A DNA stretch of 64,000 nucleotides from Thraustochytrium aureum (taxonomy: Eukaryota), in assembly GCA_012862495.1 (NCBI GenBank), contig BLSG01000391.1:355760-419759 (forward strand), in the 5' to 3' direction. Of the stretch, positions 56,176 to 64,000 are shown in pieces; the first letter of the stretch is position 1, and the number at the start of each line of letters is the position of its first letter. The translations under genes were made by a program, and so were the position numbers. The notes under the pieces are model-generated. The model searched no databases, was not told where the DNA came from, and was given only the letters and a program-made list of their open reading frames with translations.

Positions 56176-59100
56176 ATGGAGGTCGAAGACGAGCTCACGG
56201 TGGACTCGCGGGAAGACGCGTTGGCCGCGCTGGCGCAGGGCGAGAGTCGGTGAGTTGGCGGCGGCTGCTCGGGCGCGGTGATGGCAGGGATGTGCTGTCG
56301 GGCGCGGGCCTCGCGGCTTTGGGGAGGTCGCTGACTGCGGAGCAGGCTGGTGGTGAGGTCGCTGAACAATGAGGCGCTTATCGAGCTGTTCAAGGCGCTC
56401 GAGAGAAACTCGGGGCTGTGCTCGCTCGAGTAAGTCTTGCAGGCCTCGTGGTGCGGTGCAAGTGCGTCTTGAAGAGCCTCGTTCGGTCACTAACAGGGGC
56501 GAACCGCAGGCTCGAAAGTCCCAGGTTTCAAGACGCTGGGGCTGGCGCGCTGGCAAAGGCGCTCGCGAAGAACACGGCGCTGACGCGGCTGCAGTAAGTG
56601 CTTTGGTTCTGCCCACGCGCGCTGCCTGCTGGCGCCCGGCCAACGTGGGCTTGCGATCGGCGGATTTCTGACGTGCGAGATCGCACCAACGCAAAGCATC
56701 GAGCAAGCCAAGATCAGCGAGGCAGGCGCTGCAGCGCTGGCCAAGGGTCTCGCGAAGAACTCGACGCTGAGTACGCTCAAGTAAGTTGCCATGGTGTTGA
56801 ACAGTCCACTCTAGTAGGTTTTCGCGTTGGCAAAGCGCGGGTGAGTGTCTCTGACAGGTGTGGCAACAGCCTTTGGGGGGGCACGATCGGTGACGCAGGC
56901 GGTGTCGCGCTGGCCGAGTCGCTCAAGAGCAACTCGACGCTAATTGCGCTCATGTAAGTTGTTATTGGGGTCGATCGCGCAATCGCGTCGCGCGGTTCCT
57001 CACGTAGAGAGCTAGCTGGTTAACGAGCTGCAAGCGACAACGAAATCAGGTATGGCGGGAGCAAAAAGATCAGCAGCGAGGGAGCCAGGGCACTGGCTAA
57101 GATGCTCGAGACCAACTCGACCCTCGCTTCGGTAAAGTAAGTCGTCGCGGGCTCCAGTGATGCGGCGCCTTGTGAGTTGGCGCCGACAAAACCCCATGCA
57201 GGCGGCTGATAAGATTGCACAATGATCAAGCTTCGAGAACGCCAGTATCGGCAACGATGGGGCCATCGCTTTGGCCAGTGCGCTAAAGTCAAACTCGACG
57301 TTGACATTTCTGAGGTACGTCGCTCAAACCGTTGGAGCAGCACCTGGTGCTGTCGGGCATTTTGGCCGTGCCCGTAGCCACCGTCTAGCTGGCCTGCACA
57401 CTGACGCGGACCTGGCGTGAACAGTCTTGAGCACAACGGAATCGGTGATTCTGGCGCTGGCGCGCTGGCCAATGCTCTTGAGGTGAACTCGGCTCTGGTC
57501 TCGCTAAAGTAAGTCGTTGCAGACNNNNNNNNNNNNNNNNNNNNNNNNNNNNNNNNNNNNNNNNNNNNNNNNNNNNNNNNNNNNNNNNNNNNNNNNNNNN
57601 NNNNNNNNNNNNNNNGCTTGCGATCCGCTCTCTCCAAGCGCTCTACTCTAGCTTGAGCGATCCAGAGAGCTTGAGCGATCCAGAGAGCTTGAGCGATCCA
57701 GAGAGCTTGAGCTCGAGTTGGGCTTGATTCTGAGCGAGGTAGCTGCCAGCCAAGCTCTCCTCACCTCGAATGCTGCTAACAAATGAAACAATCAACCATG
57801 AAACAGCCTGGATAGCAACCGAATCAGCGGAGAGGCCGCCGGTGCACTGGCAAAGGCACTCAGAGCAAACTCGACGCTGACCGCGCTCGAGTAAGTCGTC
57901 CCAGAGCGCCGCATGCGCTGTGGTCTGCGCAGCGCGAGCAAGGCAATCGCATTCGGCAAAAGCAAATGTTCGCTAACCATCAAACGGCGACAGGCTTGGA
58001 TACAACAGCATCAGCGACCTAGGTGCTGTCGAGCTGGCAGCCGCCCTCGAGTCAAACTCGACGCTGACCAGTCTTGGGTACGTCAGCCTTCGCAGCGGGT
58101 CGCTCCAGCCTCTTGCGCTCTTGCTAACAATTCAGCGCGACACAGTCTTAGCAAGAACGGTATCGGCGGTCCTGGTGGAGTCGCGCTGGCAGAGGCTCTC
58201 AAAGCCAACTCGACGCTGACCAATCTGGAGTAAGTCGGCCGATGCGTGGGTCTGGCTGCGGCGGCCAAGTGGTGCGCGCTCGCTGACAGCGCGTTGTACG
58301 TCGTCAACAGTCTTGCGAAGAACACTATCGGAGAGACTGAAGCTAGAGCGCTGGCCAGAGCGCTCGCGGCCAACCCGAGACCGGCTCCGGTCAAGTAAGT
58401 CGTTGCAGCGCTGCATGGGTCGCCCGCGCGTCGCTAACAAGCTCCAGCAACGACAGGGATGCGCCGGAGGTGAGCCGTGGCGCCTCTCCTTCGCCCGAGC
58501 ACGAGCCAATGTCGCCGCCGAGTTCGACGCTCAGTTCGATGTCTTGGGCGCAAGCCCGCCGTGCGACGGACGAAAAGGCAGAGCTGGAGCGGCACTTTCG
58601 CGAGGCGATTCAGGATGGCGACGTGCAAGAGTGGGGCCGCGCCAAGCTGATGGTGGTGGGACAAGGCGCAGCTGGCAAGACGCAGACGGTGCGGTCGCTG
58701 CTGGGGCTGCCGTTCCAGGAGGAGCACAACTCGACCGAGGTGGCGGAGGTGACACAGGCGCAGGCGCGGAACTGGAAGCCGCAAGATGCAGGCACGAGCA
58801 ATTTCGACTTGCTGGCGCAGCGCGCGGCGGCAACTCGCGCGGCCAACAAGGGCAAACCAGCCGAAATTAAGCGGCAGAGCCTTTTTCACTTTTTAAGGCG
58901 CCCCTGGACGTCCGCCAAGGGCGGTCGGAAGAAGAACAAGGGCCAAGAGCAACCGCGGCGCGAGCTGCTCGAGGAGAAGGAGATCTTGCGCCGCTTCGAC
59001 TTTGAAGAGGTCAAACGCTTGGCGACCAAGGCGGGGCAGGGCACAGACGTGAGCTTTACTATTTGGGACTTTGCCGGGCAGGAGGTCTTCTACGCGCTAC

Positions 59101-60950
59101 ATCACATTTTCCTGAGCGAGAACGGGCTCTACATCGTCGTATTTAGCATGTCGGACTTGCTTCACCCTCGAAAGGAAGCGGAGGCCCTGCGGTTCCTGCT
59201 GTTTTGGCTCAACTCCATCGAGCTGCACGCCCCGTCGGCGCCAATCATCCTAGTCGGCACGAGGGCCGACGAAGTGAGGACGCGGGCTCAGCGCGAGCAG
59301 GTAAACGCGTGCCTGCGGGACAATCTGGGGGTCGAAGGTCGGTCCGTGATTCGCAACACCGAAAGCAAATTGTACTTCTTCCCGGTCGACAACACCTCAG
59401 CGTCCGAGGACCGCGCCTCGTCGCTACGCAAGGTCGTGCAAGAGACGGCCGCTGCGCAAGACTACATCCGGCGCGAGGTGCCGCTGGCGTGGCTCAAGGT
59501 GCTCGACGACATGCTGTTGTCCGAGCAGCCCCACTTTGCTTTTGATGCTGTCGCCGAGTTGAGTGCAGAGTACGGCATGTCTCTCGTTGACACTGGAAAG
59601 ATGCTTTGCGACCTGGACGAGCTCGGCGTCGTGGTGTACCAGCGCGCGACGGCCGCGTTGCAAGACATGGTGATTGTCAAGCCGCAGTGGCTGCTCGACA
59701 AGCTCTCCGCGGTGATCGCGGACGAGCTGCACGTCAAAGACTTGTTTTTCGACAACAAATATGCAAGAGTGGACAAGCAGCTGGCCGAGCTGCGGCGCAG
59801 CGGCGTCGCGACGCACGCGCTGCTCGAGTTCCTTTGGGGCAGCGAACAGGTCGACTACCTGATCGACTTTATGAAGGGCGCGTGGCTGCTGAGCACGCTC
59901 GAGCCCGGCAGGTACATGGTAACGAGTGTCGTGACGCAGGGGGGTCGGGACGCGCTCGTAGACATTGCGCACCTCCAAGGCGGCCTGCAGTGCGAGGTAG
60001 AGTTTTCATGGCTTCCGAACGGCGTTTTCCAGCGGCTGGTCGCGCAGTGCACGACACCTGCTCTGAGTGCAAGTGAGGCTGGCAACACGATTTGCAAAGT
60101 TGGCAAGACCAAGGCTATCCTCGCGTTCAGGGACACGACCTTCTCGGTGCAGGAGCGCGGCAACTCGCTTGTCATAAATGTCGACCCAAAGGCGGCTGAC
60201 GGGGCCTTGGTGGTGAAAATGCTGGTCTCGATGATCCGCGAGCAGAATTCCGTGCTTTTCCACAGGTTGGACTTTAAGCTCCTGGCCGTCAACAGAGACG
60301 GGGATGCGGTGGAGTACAGCGAGCTCAAGGCCGCCCATGGGCAACGCATGCCGTATATACTGAACCACCGGAGAGACAGACGCGTCCGTGTCAACACATT
60401 CGCCAAGTTTTTCGACGAGCAGTATGGCAGGATCGACAGCGACGCGGAGGGCGCAGCAGCCAAGATTCAGACCCAGCTGGCGCCGCTCGCGCGTGGCCTC
60501 AAGTACCACGTCTTTCTGAGCCACATCCAGAGCACCGGCGGGGACATCGCCGGGCTCCTCCAGCGCGACCTGACGAATCGCGGACTCAGGGTCTGGTTCG
60601 ACAAGGCTTACGAGGGCGAATTGAACGAGGCTGCCATGCTGGAGGGCGTGCGAAGCAGCAAATGCTTCCTGCTGGTTCTCTCCAAGGGCGTGTTCAGCAG
60701 CACGTTTGTGCTGGCCGAGCTCAACCAGGCTATATCGGCGGGCAAGCGCGTGATCATGGTGCACGAGCCCGAGCAGCACCGCGAGAGCTTCGCCCCGTTC
60801 TCCGACTACATCAACGCGGCCCCGCCGGAGCTCGAGTTGTTCAAGAGGGTTCAGTCGCTGGAGTTTGAGCGGTACGCCTACAAACTCAAGGCGTTCCTCG
60901 AGGTGCTCGTCACGCGCATCAACGCGGAGTGGCCTCCGCGTCCAAGCTAG
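56176..60950 (+). CDS. LRR-ROC-COR-TIR (ROCO family) protein; exons 56176-56249, 56346-56429, 56510-56593, 56697-56780, 56870-56953, 57050-57136, 57231-57314, 57425-57508, [gap], 57807-57890, 57994-58077, 58146-58229, 58311-58394, 58457-60950
   Basis: RI-like LRRs (…GAxALAxALxxNSTLTxL); ROC G1 GQGAAGKT, G3 IWDFAGQ, G4 VGTRAD; COR VPLAWL…LGVVVY…VKPQWL, LPNGVFQRL; TIR KYHVFLSH…VWFD…RSSKCFLLVLSKG…VLAEL; all introns GT-AG and phase 2. Confidence 0.92.
57651..57712. repeat. 18-bp tandem repeat (about 3.4 copies) inside a ROCO LRR intron
   Basis: gcttgagcgatccagaga x3 plus gcttgagc. Confidence 0.9.
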
Positions 60951-61332
60951 CTAGCTAGCAAACCAACACAAACCCAATCCACCGAGCCAGCACATCGCCT
61001 CGCGCGGCGCTCGCGCCGGCGCCGGGCTCCAGCCCGAGGCGAGCAGGGCTCCAAGCGCCAAGACTCCAACTCGGCCGCGAAGCAACCAGAGTCGAAACGC
61101 AGAGTGTCGGGGCCTGCCGCGACGAAACCTACGCACGCACGCGCTCCCCTCGTGCGAGCGCGCTCGCTGGCGTCCCTGGCGGACACGTCCTCGGGCAGAG
61201 CACTTGCGCCTCTGCGAGTCGAGAGCACGAGTTGGCCGGCTGGCGCGTCGAGGAGGCGCGGCATTGTGGCGGCGTGACGTGGCGCTCGGCTGGACGCCAG
61301 AGCAGCAAGCGAGGGGCGCCGCGGGCGGCAGC

Positions 61333-63343
61333 ATGGCGGCCAGGGTGCGCAAAGGCGAGCGGCAGGGGGTGACGGCCGGCCAGCTCCTGGTGTTCATCAT
61401 CGGGTGGGTTGGGCTGATCTTTGCGGTGAACGCGTACCGGCGGGCCGCGGGACTGATTCCTCACAGCGAGGAGCCGACGCTGGCGCCGAGCGCGGGGGCT
61501 GACGCGGCAAGGCAAGCTGCGATCGCTGGCGCGCCCGGCAGCGGGGGGCTTGGCGGGCAGGGCGCTGCCGAGTCGCCGTTGGAAAACTGGAACAAGCTGT
61601 CCTTGACCGAACTGCAGACAAGGATGCAGTACTGGCACGGCGAGGCGCTCTCCAACACCGGGCTCAGCCGCCTGCCGAGCCTCGCTGGGGACCGGTATGT
61701 GATCTTCGAAACAGACTGCGGCGGCTGGAACAACATCCGGATGACGTTTGAGATCGTCGTCATCTACGCTTGGCTCACGCGGCGCGTCCTCGTGCTGCCC
61801 CCGCCCGGAGGCATGTACCTTTTGGACTTTGGGCCCATCGTGCGTGGGAAGAGCAGCGACCGCGGCGCAACGCGCTACAGCGATTTTTTTGACATCGAAG
61901 ACCTCCGCGCCTCCATGCCGGTGATTTCAACCACCGAGTTCGTGCGCCGCGAAGCTGAGCGCCTCAACCTCCCGGAGGGTTTGCGTACAGCCAAGCTCGA
62001 GTCGGACACGGGCCGCAGGGAGTGGAAGAAGTGGATCAACTCTGATCCTGGGCAGAATGATCCCCGTGTAAACCTGCCCTGGTCACCGCTCAGCAAGGTT
62101 CTCTTCTTCCCCAGCATTGCAGCTGTGGAGGCGGCGTTCCCCGAGGGCGTCCCGCGCGACTTTGTGCACCACCGCGAGCGCGTCGAGCTGACGCCGCAAG
62201 TTGTGTCAGCCCCAGTGCTCAGCTTTCCAAGCTGCAAGGACAATGAAAACTACCGGGTAAGTTCTTTCGCCGGTGATGGCAGTGCAGGGTGCCCGCTCGT
62301 GAGGGGCGGACGCGCGATGTGGCGGGCTGCGCTCGGCTGAGCGGGGACCGCCCCTGGCCGTCTGCTGCCCACCATTTCTCGCAGACCCTTTTCGACAGCA
62401 GGCTGACACAAAGGTATTCNNNNNNNNNNNNNNNNNNNNNNNNNNNNNNNNNNNNNNNNNNNNNNNNNNNNNNNNNNNNNNNNNNNNNNNNNNNNNNNNN
62501 NNNNNNNNNNNNNNNNNNNNNNNNNNNNNNNNNNNNNNNNNNNNNNNNNNNNNNNNNNNNNNNNNNNNNNNNNNNNNNNNNNNNNNNNNNNNNNNNNNNN
62601 NNNNNNNNNNNNNNNNNNNNNNNNNNNNNNNNNNNNNNNNNNNNNNNNNNNNNNNNNNNNNNNNNNNNNNNNNNNNNNNCGCGCCGCCTGACGCGACTTT
62701 TGCGTCCGCCGCGCAGCTCGGGCCGTTCAAGTATGTCTCGCTTCACGTGCGGCGCAACGACCTGCAGTACAAGGAGGTTTTCATTCCCGCCGAAAAGTCC
62801 CTCGAAAATGTCAGGGCGCTGCTGCGGCCGGGCGAGACGATCTACATTGCCACAGACGAATCCGATCCGCACACGTTCTTCCGCGCGTTCAAGGACGCCG
62901 GTTATCGTGTAGTGTTTTGGCAGGACATCCTTGACGCGGGCGTCTTTGACGGCGTTACGTTGAACAAGAAGCACGAGGGCGTCATCGAGCAGGTAAGTGA
63001 GCGAGCGGAGGACCGAGCGCGCCACAGCATGCGGCTTGCTGACTAGCCAGCGAGCGGCGCGCAGATCGTCTGCGCCTTCGGCCGCTTCTTCGCCGGCACC
63101 GTCGAGTCGACCTTTTCTTCCTACATCTTCCGGTTGCGTGGCTACTACGGCACGCAGGAGGGGGACCGCCGCACCCCAGAGGACTTTGACACGATGGTGC
63201 GGTTTCACAACGTCCTTTACAAGGGCAAGCGGCGCTCGGACCTGGCTGCCACGCTGCGCCTCAAGCCAAACAAAGGCACGATCTACAAGTCGGAAAACCC
63301 CGCCATCTGGACTGACGCGGTCGCCCCGCACACCACGTGGTGA
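61333..63343 (+). CDS. GDP-fucose protein O-fucosyltransferase-like (POFUT2/O-FucT) type II membrane protein; exons 61333-62256, [gap], 62717-62992, 63065-63343
   Basis: TM; YVIFETDCGGWNNIRM…RRVLVLPP; SLHVRRNDLQY; IYIATDE; IEQ|IVCAFGRFFAGTVESTFSSYIFRLRGY. Confidence 0.9.
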
Positions 63344-63816
63344 ATGCCAGCGCGACCTCGCACCTATGGGCACCGAGCACCTACATACTTACCCAACAGG
63401 CAAGCGCACAATTTTCTTCCCACAAGAGCAAAGCACGCCGCGGGTGGCCGCGGTTCGACGCGCGCCAGATCGTGGCCGCCGTGCTGCCGCAACACGAGCC
63501 CCTCTTGGATCAGCACGAGCGCCTCCGGCACACGCGCTGTCGACCGCGCTCTGGCAGTGGCGACCAGCCAGCAGCGCGGCGATCTTGCTTTTGAGGCCGT
63601 GAAACCCGACCGACTTGTCCATGGAGTTGTGGATCACCTCCAGGTCTTTGTTGCTGTGGCGCTCGGCCTTGCGCAAGTCCACGTCCACGAGGCTTTGCAC
63701 GATCGATCCTTCACTTGAACGAACGCGAGACGGTGCCGGGAGTTCAGCTTGGCCGCGCCGTAGATCTGCCGCTCATCTGATGATGAAGATGATCGATCGG
63801 GTCACGACTCGCGGAT

Positions 63817-63847
63817 CGAAGTACTTGTACTCGAGTACAGTACTTCG
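63817..63847. other. Near-perfect 31-bp palindrome centred on TGTACTCGAGTACA
   Basis: cgaagtact-tgtactc|gagtaca-gtacttcg. Confidence 0.8.
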
Positions 63848-64000
63848 TTGGCTTCAAGTTCGTCGCCTTCATGCTCGTTGTCCTTTCCACCAAGGGGGAT
63901 TCTCCTTGTTTCCAGCTTGCGTCAGTTCGCACAACTACCACTCGTCATGCTGCTACTACTCTCAGGCTACCTACCGCCCGGCACGGGTTTTGGAGAGCCC

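Noticed and set aside
56346..58394. Regularly spaced aactcgacgctgac…gtaagt motif resembling a CRISPR repeat-spacer array
   Set aside because: The repeats are degenerate coding LRR exons (NSTLT) plus splice donors, the spacers are introns, and there are no cas genes in this eukaryotic context
123..64000. Numerous overlapping antisense or alternate-frame ORFs of 60-400 aa
   Set aside because: Expected in high-GC coding DNA; they are R/A/P/S-rich, show no motifs and overlap better-supported genes

Overview
Gene-dense, GC-rich eukaryotic scaffold with 13 N-gaps. GT-AG spliceosomal introns with CTAAC/CTGAC branch points, ciliary-type genes and overall gene content suggest a flagellated protist, probably a stramenopile such as a labyrinthulomycete (inference). 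It holds about 20 protein-coding genes, most apparently intronless: a kinesin carrying an IFT54-like CH domain, coiled-coil proteins, a TrpF-like TIM barrel, a DUF4708-like/SAP protein, RUS1/DUF647, MATH-BTB, KATNAL2, a cyclin, a pseudo-lipase, a RING protein, a membrane-anchored pseudo-trypsin, an EF-hand-like protein, a CHASE protein, a sulfotransferase, a tandem Cu/Zn-SOD-fold protein, a Dispatched-like RND transporter, GPR107/108, an LRR-ROC-COR-TIR protein and an O-fucosyltransferase. There is also a piggyBac-like transposase with a YqaJ-nuclease-like motif. The standout is the LRR-ROC-COR-TIR gene (56176-60950), which the ORF track does not show whole. Each of its 11 visible LRRs is a separate symmetric phase-2 exon (ten of 84 nt, one of 87 nt). 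This forms a frame-preserving cassette that could be skipped or shuffled, fused to a GTPase switch and a TIR domain that keeps the NADase glutamate: a candidate diversifiable immune receptor. Several genes are split by frameshifts, mostly in C/G homopolymers and probably sequencing errors. All domain calls are by-eye motif recognition; no searches were run.
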